Under the pieces are notes generated by a model, which did no database searches, had not been told where the DNA came from, and saw only the letters and a list, made by a program, of their open reading frames with translations. A program made the translations under genes and the position numbers. Below are positions 23,449 through 35,571 of a DNA stretch of 64,000 nucleotides, piece after piece (the stretch's first letter is position 1; each line of letters begins with the position of its first letter). Origin of the DNA: Centroscyllium fabricii (lineage: Eukaryota); the NCBI GenBank assembly GCA_051313645.2, contig JBNRSN020000524.1:124001-188000 (forward strand), in the 5' to 3' direction.

Positions 23449-24247
23449 GGGGGGGGATTTTCCTCGGTCCATGAGGGTGGCTTTCCGGCGGGGCCTAAAA
23501 TTGCGAGCCGGGTGGTCCGGCCCCCCCCCCCCCCCCCCCCGCCGGATCGCCACCGGCTTGTAAGTTTCGGGCGGCGTGCCCTGCCATCCCGAAATGTTCC
23601 CGTCTGCCGCCGGTGGGGATGCTCGTTAAAGTAATTGAGGGCCCTTAATTGGTCTGGATAATGCCATTTTAAGGGCCCTCGCCTATTTTCCACCCCTTCC
23701 CACCCAAACCCCGCCATCATGAAACCGTGCTGGTGAAACCCAGTGGGAGCACAGTGGCCTTGGTCACTTTCTCCTTCAAAGTATTGAAGGACCTAGAGCA
23801 GAATACTTTCCAGGCCTTCAGCACCCTGGAGGTGTAAGTGACTCCCTTGGGTGAAGACCAGCTGTGGGGAAAAAACTTTAAGATCTTACATTGACAGACA
23901 CTCCCTAGCTGTCAAAGATTTCCAGCCCGCCTGTCCACCTGTCACTCAAAGCACTTGGCCTTTCCAATTGGTTGCACTCCATTGTGATGTCACAATGGAG
24001 TGTTTCCATGGGAACTGTCAACAGACAGTCCTTGGAACTGTCTGTCAAGCTCCTCGATCCCCGCTACAGCCCCTTGATTGCCAACTCGACTGAGGCAATT
24101 ACAAGGGGCTCCCTGCACGCGGGGATTTAATTGATCAATTTCACGAACATTTTGTCGGGTTTCCAGGCCCTTGGGCGGGCGGGTGGGACAGAAACCCGAC
24201 TCGACCAATCCCCGCCAGGTTCCCGCACCTCCGGGGAAATTCCCCCC
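23449..24247. mobile_element. Non-autonomous Harbinger-type DNA element (family B)
   Basis: TIR GGGGGGGATTTTCCTCGG / CCGGGGAAATTCCCCCC. Internal blocks (GGCCCTTAATTG..GCCATTTTAAGGGCCCTC; TGTGATGTCACAATGGAGTGTTTCCATGGGAACTGTCAACA) are shared with 42418-43012. Confidence 0.78.
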
Positions 24248-27013
24248 TTTATTTCTCTTTGTTGGTAAAGGTTACTTGATTAGAATGTGTTCGTGAAATT
24301 CAGAAATAATGTTTATCAATTGACGAGCAAAGCTCAATAATGTGGCACATCTGCAACATTCATTCTTGTTACTTTTATAATTTAATTTTAAATATTTTAT
24401 GATTTCTACTAATACAGGGTACCTAATTTCACACTGTTTGAAAAGGGTGTGAAATTGGGTATTGGTGGGATTCTTTTCTTGGTTGGTGTAAGGATGTAGG
24501 CTTGTATTTTCATGAAGATGTATAAAGAATGATTTGCATTTCTAGTGCCCCTCATGTGCAGAGAAAACATCGCCAAAGTTCTTTTCAGGATGATAGACAA
24601 AGATGGGCCACGAAGCAGGGGGAGGAAAAGGAACTCGAGGGATGGGGTGGCAAAACATAGTGGAAGAGAAGAAGCTTAAGGAGGAAGGTGATGTGGGAGA
24701 GATACCAAGGAAGAGAGTTCCGGGGGCAAGCACATAATGGCTGAAGAGAGGGAGCCAGGAACAAGGAGTGGAGCACAGTGAGTGGGCAGGGATTTGATTG
24801 TTGAGGTAGGATAGGGCAAAGCTACTGAGGAAAGCTCCAGCTCATCCAGGTCTTCCTGTTAGACAGGCAAGAGGTTGCAGAGAGTGGTAACGGCCTTGAG
24901 GGGATGATCAATGGTGGAGGCAGAATTGAGCTGAGAATCCTCAACATATGTGTGGATGCTGATCCCATGCTTCTTGATGATGTTGCCATGGTACAACATA
25001 TAAATGAAGAAGAGAAAGGGTCAAGGATGGAGTCCTGGGGTATACCGGAAGTGACCATGCAGGCTGATGTGCCTTCAATAACTACAAAACTAGAAGTTAT
25101 AGACTTAAACAGATAGGCTTTTAATCACTATGAATTAGAGCTCACATCTCAACGGGTAGGCTGCCTCACAGGAATGAGTCATACAGAACCTGGGATCTTT
25201 ATATAAGCGGAGCCAGGGGCGGAGCCAAAGCCAATTCCTGGAATCTCCCAGGTTTAGTCAGGGAATAGGAAGTGAAACTATACACAGTGAGGGAGGACAA
25301 CATACAGATAACAGATTTCATTACACAGGCATAGGCAGAGAATCCATTGGAGGTGATATAGCACCAATGATGCAACGAGTAGAAGTCAGAGAGCAATGCA
25401 ACAAAGGTGGACTCTGGAAGAGAGACAATTGAGGAGGAGGATTTTGGCTGAGCAAAGGTAGCAGAGGAGGATCAGGAGGGACAGTAGGTCACGTTCACAC
25501 TCGCAAGCACAGAATGCCATTTTCATGGCAACAGTGCTGTGGGCAAGGCAGGATAACAAACTGGGAATGGTGGGAGTGTAATTGCAAGACCATAATTCAT
25601 TCCAGAGAGAAAGGGAGTATTGGAGATGAGCCGTGGTTGGACATAATGGAGGGGTCAAGAGTAGGTTTTTAGAGATGAAGGATGGTCATGGCAGTTTTGA
25701 AGGATGTAGCAACCATGCTGGAAGATAGCGGCAGGTTGATGATGTCGACACGCATGGAGCTAAGGACAGCAAGCTGGGATCGATGGGGTTTGAGGAAGCA
25801 CATGGTGGACTTCATGGTTGAGAGGTGGTTAGTACGGTCTGATGGGGAGGTGGAGGATAAACTGGAGTAATGCAGGTGAGGACTTAGTTGGGAGATGGAC
25901 TGGGAACAGGGAAGTAGAGGAGTCACTGAGGCAGAGGCAGCAGAATGGATGATCTTGTTTTGGGACATGAAGACATCCATGAAGTCTTTACATTTAATGT
26001 CGAATGTGAGGATGGAGAGTACAGTGGGGTGAGGTCGGAGGTGATTGTTAGAGATGTGCCCACAGGATGATATGTGGAACGGGAGTGACTAGCCTTGGAT
26101 GTATCCAAGCCACATTTGACAATGGATAGCCCGAGTGGTTACTAGCCAAGATTGCTTAAGGTTATGGGCTATGGACTGGCTGTTGTACCAATGGAGATGG
26201 TGGAGAAAGTGATCTAATTGGGAGAAACTGGGAATAAGACATTTTTTCAGATCAGTGGAGGTGTTGGTATCATCATAAGTAGACCAGAGTTACGGTGAGA
26301 TGCGAGTTGACATTTGTGAGGGAGTTGATGTGTAATTTTTTCCCAGGGGGAGGGGAATGAGAATGGAGGTGTTTGGCAGATGCAGAGGGATAAGTAGGAG
26401 AAGGGAGATCAGGAAAATATTGAAGAGGATGTCAGTAACCCAGACCTAAGAGGTATCAAGACCCTGTATGATGCAAGGTCTATGGGCAGGCCATTTGTGT
26501 GGGGGCATTGATGGGAGGGGAAACAAGGGAAGTCAGCTACAGTGTGAGAGGGTGAGCTAAGATGGAGGTTGAAATCACCAAGGATTCCCTTGGCACAAGG
26601 ACAGAGGGCAGAAAGGAGATAGGAGATTTCAGTGAGCAAGACTGGGGTGGGGCAGTTAGATAAGGAGGATGTGAAAGGAGTGGAGGAGGCTAAAGTGTTC
26701 AACTGGAAAAGGAACCAGAGGAATAAGGGGAAAGATCAAAGTAGGATTTGTAGATAAGTGCTATGCTAACAACATGACAGTTTGTGTGGGGGACATGGTA
26801 TAACATCATGCCAAGTGACAGTCTTGGTGAGATAGATTTCAGTAAATCAAGGTGTTGATGCACTCCTCCAGGATGAGGTCATGTATGGAGAGGACCTTAT
26901 TTGCAAGAAGGCAGATAATTTGTAGGATAAAGCATAGTTGGCTGAAGACTCATCAAGGGTCAGAAAGGGTGAGTAAAGAAGCAGGAGGATGGAGAGAAGG
27001 TTTGAATTATATG

Positions 27014-27233
27014 GAAAATGCTGGAAATACTCAGCAATTCAGGCAGCATCTGTGGAGAGAGAAACAGAGTTAACGTTTCAGGTCGATGACCCTTCATCAG
27101 AACGTTTTGATGAAGGGTCATCGACCTGAAACGTTAACTCTGTTTCTCTCTCCACAGATGCTGCCTGGCCTGCTGAGGATTTCCAGCATTTTCTGGTTTT
27201 ATTTCAGATTTCCAGCATCCGCAGTATTTTGCT
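27014..27233. mobile_element. Penelope-like element remnant (inverted pLTR hairpin) with 15-bp TSD
   Basis: ~180-bp near-perfect palindrome 27014-27193 centred on AACGTT. TTTGAATTATATGGA is duplicated at 27001-27015 and 27234-27248. Confidence 0.8.
27069..27103 (-). ncRNA. Minimal type I hammerhead ribozyme motif
   Basis: Minus strand reads GUU-CUGAUGA-A-GGGUC-AUC-GACCU-GAAA-CG-UU-AAC. The + strand mirror copy has a C>T change in the CUGA core. Confidence 0.7.
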
Positions 27234-27949
27234 TTTGAATTATATGGAGATGGTTTGAGAGATTAACTGCAGAGAAATGTGCTGGGTGGGGAATGTGCTG
27301 AGAAAGGGGTTGAAGCAGTTTGGGTGACTGTTGCAGCAGAGAAACTGGCAGAAGCCATTAAGCATGGTGAAAAATGCCAACGTTGGGGCAGATCTTGGCA
27401 GTGAGAGATTGGAGCCAAAATTCCAATGGACCCAGCTCTGCCTTTGCAAGTGAGATGGAGCGGAACCCATGACTGCTCAAATTGAAGGACACTGACCCGA
27501 TCCCAAATTGCAGGGCATGGTTATTGTGTTCAGGGCAGGTGCCGGTGCCTGTAAGGAAAGACAGAGCAGCACCGAGCTACTCTTCTAGGCTACGCTTCCC
27601 AAGCTAAAAGTAAACCAGCACTGAAAGATCTTCAGTTCCAATGGGATCTATAACTTAGGCAGCATATGAAGAGTCGCTCTGTGCAGAGGCTGAGGGAGGA
27701 AAGGAGGGACAATATCTCTGAGAAACTTGGGGTGGGGCGTAGGGGTGTTAGAGGAGTCGGCTTTTAGAGGTGAGGTGGAAGAAGGCGAGGTGCTTGAAGG
27801 AGGAGAAGGAACCAAAGGAACGGGGGCAAGAGACCAAGGTGGGGTTTGGGGATGAGGGCCCACTGCGGTGGTTTGGCCAGGGCAGGTGGAGGAAAGTATA
27901 CCAAAACCGTGAGGTGCCGGTAAGGGCAATGTGCCGACACCTGTGTAGA

Positions 27950-28262
27950 TTATGTATGTAGCCTCCTACCGCCCACAATCCCCAGCCCCTAAACTTGCTG
28001 TTCCTCTGACTCACGGCCTCTCCTGCATTCCCCACTCCTTTCACCCCACCATTGGCAGCCGTACCTTCAGCAGCCTAGGTCCGACTTTCTGGAATTCCCA
28101 CTCTAAAGCCCAACACCTCTCCACTTCTCCCTCCTCCTTTAAGACCACCTCTTTGATCAAACCTTTGGCCACCCTTCTAATTTGTCCTACTTTGGCTTGG
28201 CCTCTGTTTACCTTTTGCCTCTGTGGAGCATGTTATATGTGCTATGGAAATGCACGTTGTTA
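27950..28262 (+). mobile_element. L2 3' end fragment
   Basis: CCACCATTGGCAGCCGTACCTTCAG..CTGGAATTCCC..CTCTTTGATCAAACCTTTGG as in the other L2 tails. Confidence 0.7.
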
Positions 28263-29339
28263 AGTCATAAACATATTCTATCGTATCTTTACAAATTGCG
28301 ACAGCTTGTAAGATCAGTTATTGCAACTTGGCAGTCAAAAATTGCTGCCTTCACTGCGATCACTTTAACTATATTGGGGGAGTGGCATTAATTTGATGCT
28401 GTAATTAAACATGTACTTAATGTCTTTTAAGCCATCTGAACATTTTTATAATTATACCATTTTTAACAATTTAGAAACAATGTGACACATAATTTAGCTA
28501 TGGTTTCCTATCAGTGTGGCATATTTAAAATATCACCTTCTTGTAGTAAATCACAGTACTCAGCTTCACATTTTGCTAATTTTGTTTAATTAGCTACAAG
28601 ATTTAAATGAGGCGATGAGTGAAGATTAAATTTAGCTGCAAACTAACTCTATACCGTAGAGCCTCAGAACAGTAGCACTGAACAGTATGCAACTAGATCT
28701 GTATAAAATGGAATGTAGCTTTCCCAGACCATTTATGCACCAGAAATATGATTTATGAAATTATTGCAGTAATTATTGATTGACAACTTTATCACAACAT
28801 AACAGGGATGATTAGTGAGTCGGTAGGTGGACCCAGGCAGGAGCAGCACACACAGGCAGCAGTGGTGGGGAAATCTTGGGCCCACAGCTCCTGATTTTTC
28901 ATTAATTCATTTAAATAGATGGAAAGTCAAGGTCAAGGTTTGCAGGCCTACGCTTTCTCGGCCAGCATTACTCGTGAGTGCCACTTCATGCCGGACTGCC
29001 CAACTAAGCAATCAGCCCTGCACTTACCATTATTTTCCCATTACCTTTGAATGTATCTTGATCTTCTGTAAGGGAACCTAATCTTTCTTATCTCCCTTTT
29101 AGCCCCCTTCACTGATTTCTGGGGTTCCACACCTCCTGAGACACGCAGGACACTTATCAAATTATTTTCTTTCCTTTTTTGCCACAGCAGGGTGGAGCAT
29201 CAAACCTGTGTCCCACTATGCCTCTGTTGTGTCACTGTATGCCACTATAATTCTTCATTTGACGTTAAACATTTATATTAGAATAATATGGAGTAACAGC
29301 TCTATTGTTTATTGCTGTATTATGATCATGTTCCCTACG

Positions 29340-29660
29340 AACATAGCAGATAGGAGCAGGAGTAGGCCATTGGGCCTCTCGAGCCTGTTCCGCCATTCAG
29401 TAAGATCATGGCTGATCATCCAAATTCAGTACCCTGTCCCTGCTTTCTCCCCATATCCCTTGAGCCCTTTAGCCTTAAGAAATATATCTAACTCCTTCTT
29501 GAATATATTTAATGAATTGGCCTCCACGGCCTTCTGTGATAGAGAATTCCACAGGTTCACCACTCTCTGGGTGAAGAAATTCCCTCTCATCTCTGTCCTA
29601 AATGGCTTACCCCTTATCCTTGGACTGTGACCCCTGGTTCTGGACTCTCCGACCATAGGA
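29340..29660 (-). mobile_element. CR1 LINE 3' fragment
   Basis: ORF ..SRTRGHSPRIRGKPFRTEMRGNFFTQRVVNLWNSL.. plus CR1 3' UTR hairpin/tail. Confidence 0.88.
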
Positions 29661-32566
29661 ATATGAAGGACCAGAAAAGAGCTTTGCACCTGGCTGGTTT
29701 CAGCATCTCGGAAGTATCATATCCCACAATATTTATCATATCCCTTTACCAGTTCTTTCTTTGGGTACTTATCCAATTCTCTCTTGAATTTGATTATATA
29801 CTCAGCCCCACTGCCTCCTTGGCAGTCCATGCCACTCATTCATTACCTTCTGCATAAAGCAGTTAAATCGTAACCGTCTTTTCAGCATCCCTTTTCTACG
29901 TTTAAGGATATGCCCTCTTGTTGTCGAATAGTAACTATGTTAAAAGTTTATTTTTCAGGATGTGGGATGCATATATCGCCCAACCCTTGTTTCCCTGAGA
30001 AGGTGATGATGGACCTTCTCCTTGAACCGGCGGTGCAGTCCTTGTGGTTATGATTCTCCCACAACGGTGTTGGGAATTCCAGGATATTGAGCCAGTGATG
30101 TATTTCCAATTCAAGATGATGGTGTGTGACTTGGAGGCATTGCTGTTCTTGTCCTTCTCAGTGGTAGAGATTGAAAGGGAGGGAAATGCTGTTCAGGTAA
30201 CCTTGATGAGATAGTTTCCAAAGAGGGCGCCTGGGCTGGCAGCCCCTTTCTGAGCTGCTCTTCTCTTCAACTGTATCCATGGTCATCCATTGTCATCTTT
30301 GGCCCTTTCTTCCCCCAATCGCCTTTCTTCAATTGCTGATAGTGAAGGCATTTCAGCCCAAACTACAAGTTCAAAGCTACCCCTGCAGAGTCCACTGCCC
30401 ATCCCCCGGTGTCTTTGTACTCTCTGAGCTCTTTCAACTGCTGAAACTCTGCTGAAACTTGACCTCCATCACTGGATTCATTGTGGACAGGACTTAGTTG
30501 ACGACACGGTTTGACTCCGAGGCCGTGGCGCTGCTCTGCTTGTCAGTCACTTCAAGTCTTAAGCTGTGGAATTCTTTTGTCAAATTGGTTTACGATCTCC
30601 TGGACTTCTCTGGACATCTGGACTACGTTTCTGCTTTGAGCTACATTGGATTACACTATGATTCTGCACTGGATTACACTGTAATACTTACCTGCTGTGT
30701 CTCTATCTTTGCTGCAAAAAGATTTTTACCTTTAAACTGCAGCTGTGTCTCTGCTGAACTGGTTCTACTGGATTTTCAGCTCTGCTGGCCTCTAACTAGC
30801 AGCTGTTGCTCCACTTGATGTCCGGTCATACAGTCATAGAGTAATAAACATAGAAACATAGAAGATAGGAGCAGGAGTAGGCCATTCAGCCCTTCGAGCC
30901 TGCTCCGCCATTCAATGAGATCATAGCTGATCATCCAAACCCAGTACCCTGTCCCAGCACAGAAAGAGGCCCTTCGGCCCATCGCGTCCGTGCCGCCCTT
31001 CAATCCCAGTTTATTCTAATCCCATTTTCCCGCATTTGGTCCGTAGCCTTGTATGCTGTGGCATTTCAAGTGCTCATCCAAATGCTTCTTGAACGTTGTG
31101 AGTGTTCCCACCTCTACCACCCTACCACCCTATCAGGCAGTGATTTCCAGACTCCAACCACCCTCTGGGTGAAAAAGTTCTTCCTCACATTCCCACGATA
31201 CCTCCTGCCCCTTACCCTGAAATTATGCCCCCTAGTTATTGACCCCTCTACCAAGGGAAAAGGTTCCACTCCATCCACCCTATCTATTCCCCTCACAATT
31301 TTGTATACCTCAATCAGGTCCCCCCTCAGCCTCCTCTGCTCCAAGGAAAACAACCCCAGCCTATCCAGTCTCTCTTCATAGCTGAAGCTCCCCAGCCCAG
31401 GCAGCATCCTGGTGAATCTCCTCTGCACCCTCTCCAAAGCTATTACATCCTTCCTGTAGTGTGGCGACCAGAACTGCACACAGTACTCCAGCTGTGGCCT
31501 CACCAGTGTTTTGTACAGCTCCATCATAACCTCCCTGCTCTTATATTCTATGCCTCGGCTAATGAAGGCAAGTATCCCATGTACCGTTTTAACCACCTTA
31601 TCCACCTGTCCTGCTGCCTTCAGGGACCTATGTACCTGCACACCAAGGTCCCTATGTTCCTCTGTCTTCCCTAGGGTCCTACCATTCATGGTGTATTCCC
31701 TTGCCATGTTAGACCTACCTTTATGCATCACCTCACACTTTTCAGGATTAAATTCCATTTGCCACTGTTCCGCCCATCTGACCAACTCATCTATGTCGTC
31801 CTGCATGTTGCAGATTTCCTCCTCGTTCTTTACCAACCCACCAACTTTTGTGTCATCTGCAAACTTACTGATCATGCCTTTTACATTCATCTCTAAATCA
31901 TTAATACAGACTACAAACAGCAAGGGACCCAACACAGATCGCCGCGGTACCCCACTGGACACAGGCTTCCAGTCACAAAAACAACCTTCGACCATCACCC
32001 TCTGCCTCCTGTCACTAAGCCAGTTTTGGATCCACTGTGCTAAGGTGCCCTGGATCCCATGGGCTCTTACCTTCTTGACCAGTCTCCTATGCGGGACCTT
32101 ATCAAAAGCCTTACTAAAATCCATGTATACGACATCCACAGCACTACCCTCATCCACACACCTGGTCACCCCTTCAAAAAATTCAATCAAATTAGTCAGA
32201 CATGATCTTCCCTTGACAAAGCCATGCTGACTCCTTAATTAATCCTTGCCTCTCCAAGTGGAGACTAATTCTGTCCCTCAGAATTTTTTCTAGTAATTTC
32301 CCTACCACTGATGTTAGGCTCACTGGCCTGTAATTCCCTGGTTTATCCCTACTACCTTTCTTGAATAATGGCACTACATTGGCCATTCTCCAGTCCTCTG
32401 GCACATCCCCTGTGGCCAGAGAGGTTCTGAAAATTTGTGTCAGAGCCCCTGCAATCTCCTCCTTAGCCTCACACAACAGCCTGGGGTACATCGTGTCAGG
32501 GCCTGGAGACTTATCTACTTTTAAGCCCGATAAAACCGCAACTACCTCCTCCCTGTCAATACTAAT

Positions 32567-32707
32567 ATGCAAGAAGTCACACAACACCAGATTATAGTCC
32601 AACGGTTTTATTTTAAATTTAAAATAAAACCGTTGGACTATAATCTGGTGTTGTGTGACTTCTTGCATTTGTCCACCCCAGTCCAACACCGGCACCTCCA
32701 CATTATG
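32567..32707. mobile_element. Penelope-like end fragment forming a perfect 102-bp palindrome, 12-bp TSD
   Basis: 32567-32668 is a loopless palindrome. AATACTAATATG is duplicated at 32558-69 and 32708-19. Same family as 61417-61705. Confidence 0.82.
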
Positions 32708-35179
32708 AATACTAATATGATCAAGTGTATCGCATTCCTCCTGTCTTATTTCTATGTCCACATCGCCCTTCTCCACAGTGAACACAGATGCAAAAAGTTC
32801 ATTCAAAACCCCACCTACATCTTCTGGCTCTACACACAGATTCCCACTTTGGTCCCTAATGGGCCCCACTCTTTCCCTCGTTATCCTCTTGCCCTTAATA
32901 TACTTATAAAACATCTTAGGATTTTCTTTTATTTTGCCCGCCAGGGTTATCGCATGGCCCCTTCTCGCTCTCCTAATTTATTTTTTAAGTACCCCCCTGC
33001 ACCTTCTATACTCATCTGGAGCCTCCTCTGTCTTTAGTTCTTAAAGTCTGCCAAAAGCCCCCCTTTTTTTCCCGAATCAATTCGCGTATGTCCCTTGACA
33101 TCCAAGGTTCCCTGGGCTTATTGGTCCCACCTTTGACCTTTAGGGGAACATGATTCCCTTGTACTTTCTCAATTTCCTTTCTGAACGCCTCCCACTGTTC
33201 TGATGCGGACTTTCCTACGAGTAGCTGGTCCCAGTCCACTTTGGCCAGCTCCTGCCTTATCATATTAAAATCGGCCTTGCCCCAATTTGAAACCTTTATT
33301 TCTGGTCCGCCTTTGTCCTTTTCCATTACTACCTTAAATATTACCGAATTATGGTCACTGTCCCCAAAGTGCTCTGCTACTGACACTTCCACCACTTGCC
33401 CGGCCTCATTTCCCAGAATTAAGTCTAATACCGCCCCCTCTCTTGTAGGACTTCCGACATACTGGTTCAAAAAGCTCTCCTGGATGCACTTTAAGAATTC
33501 TGCACTCTCTAAGCCCTTCACACTTTGGCTATCCCAGTCAATATTGGGGAAGTTGAAATCCCCTACTATTACTACCCTATTATTTCCGCACTTCTCCGAG
33601 ATTTGCCTGCAAATCTGTTCCTCTATTTCCCTCTGACTGTTTGGGGGTCTGTAGTATACTCCCAGTAATGTGCTTGCCCCCTTCTTATTTTTAAGTTCCA
33701 CCCAAATAGCCTCATTAGTGGACCCTGCCAATATATCCTCCCTTCTTACAGCAGTAATTGACTCCTTAATTAATATCGTGACACCCCCTCCTCTTTTCCC
33801 CCCCCTCCCTGTCTTGCCTGAAGATTCTATACCCCAGAATATTGAGCTGCCAGTCCTGCCCCTCCCTCAACCATGTCTCTGGCAACAATATCATATTCCC
33901 ATGTGTTTAACAACACCTTTAATTCATCCCCCTTATTCATCAGACTCCTTGCATTAAAATAAATGCCATTTAACCTTGCCCTAACCCCTTGTGCCGAGAC
34001 ATATTTGTTCTGCCTTCCAAGCTGACTTATTTTTTTCTCTATATTTGTCTGCACATCACCCCCTATTTTTGCTCCCCTCTGTATCCCATCCCCCTGCCAA
34101 GTTAGTTTAACCCCCCCCCCAACAGTGCCAGCAAACCTCCCCGCAAGGATATTGGTCCCGTTCTGGTTAAGGTGAAGACCGTCCGACTTGTACAAGTCTC
34201 ACCTTCCCCAGAAGCAGTCCCAATGATCCAGGAAACTAAAACCCTCCCTCCTACACCAACTCTTCAGCCACGCATTACGCTGCTCTATCCTTCTATTCCT
34301 ATACTCACTAGCTCGTGGCACAGGGAGTAATCCGGAGATTACAGCCTTTGAGGTCCTGCTCCTTAATCCTCTACCTAGCTCCCTGAATTCCTGTTGCAGG
34401 ACCACATCCCCCTTTTTACCTATGTCGTTGGTCCCAATGTGAACCACGACCTCTGCCTGATTTTCCTCCCCCTTCAGGATATCCTGCAGCCGTTCAGTGA
34501 CATCCTTGACCCTGGCACCAGGGAGGCAACAAACCATCCTGGAGTCACGTCTATGGCCACAGAAACGCCTATCTGCTCCCCTTACAATAGAGTCCCCTAC
34601 CACTATTGTTCTCCCACTCTTTTTCCTCCCATGTTGAACAGCAGAAGCACCCCCGGTGCCAGGAAGTTGGCTGCTGTTGCATTCCCCTGGAAAGTCATCC
34701 CCCCCCCAACAGTATCCAAAACGGTATACTTGTTTGCGAGGGGGATGCCCACAGGGGTCCCCTGCTCTACCTGCCTACTTCTATCCTTCCTCCTGATGGT
34801 CACCCATTTCCCTTCTGCCTATACACCCTTAGCCTGCGGTGTGACCAGCTCACTATACGTGCTATCCACGAGCCTCTCAGCATCGCGAATGCTCCAAAAC
34901 TCATCCACCCTCAGCTCCAGCGCCTCAATGCGGCTTGTCAGGTGCTGCAGTTGGATGCATTTCCCGCACACATGTTCATCAGGGACATCAGCAGTGTCCC
35001 TGACTTCCCACATGCAGCAGGAGGAGCAGATCACGGGTCAGCTCACCTGACATGACTTCCCCTTGTATTAATTTACACTAATTTAAACCACCAATTAAAC
35101 ACTAGGGCATTTGTACGGCAAAAGTCCCTGCTAAACCACAGAGATCCAAGGAAAAACAAGCCTCCCAAATGTGTGTATA

Positions 35180-35571
35180 GGGCGGCACGGTGGCATAGTG
35201 GTTAGCACTGTTGCCTTACAGCACTAGAGACACGGGTTCAAATCCAGCCTCGGGTACTATCTGTGTGGAGTTTGCACATTCTCCCCGTGTCTGCGTGGGT
35301 TTCCTCCGGGTGCTCCGGTTTCCTCCCACAGTCCAAAGATGTGCGGGTTAGGTTGATTTGACATGATAAATTGACCCTTAGTGTTAGGGGGATTGAATAT
35401 GTGGGGTTACGGGGATAGGGTGGGATATGTGTCGGTGCAGGCTCGGTGGGGATATGGGGACAAGGCAGGGCCAGGGTACTGGGTTTGGATGATCAGCCAT
35501 GATCTCATTAAATGGTGGAGCAGGTTCGAAGGGCCGAGTGGCCTACTCCTGCTCCTATCTTCTATGTTTCT
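35180..35571 (+). mobile_element. V-SINE with CR1 tail, nested in the CR1 5' UTR
   Basis: Near-identical to 292-703. Confidence 0.9.

Larger units (their letters stand above)
24545..27500 (-). mobile_element. Old, fragmented L2 LINE (RT and endonuclease remnants)
   Basis: Minus-strand remnants VTSGIPQDSILDP and ILGDFNLHL; purine-rich + strand typical of an antisense L2. Interrupted by the hairpin element at ~27014. Confidence 0.65.

Noticed and set aside
31114-34603. CR1 ORFs as functional genes
   Set aside because: Split by frameshifts, stops and an insertion, and PQGS is mutated to PRRS; a dead retrotransposon.
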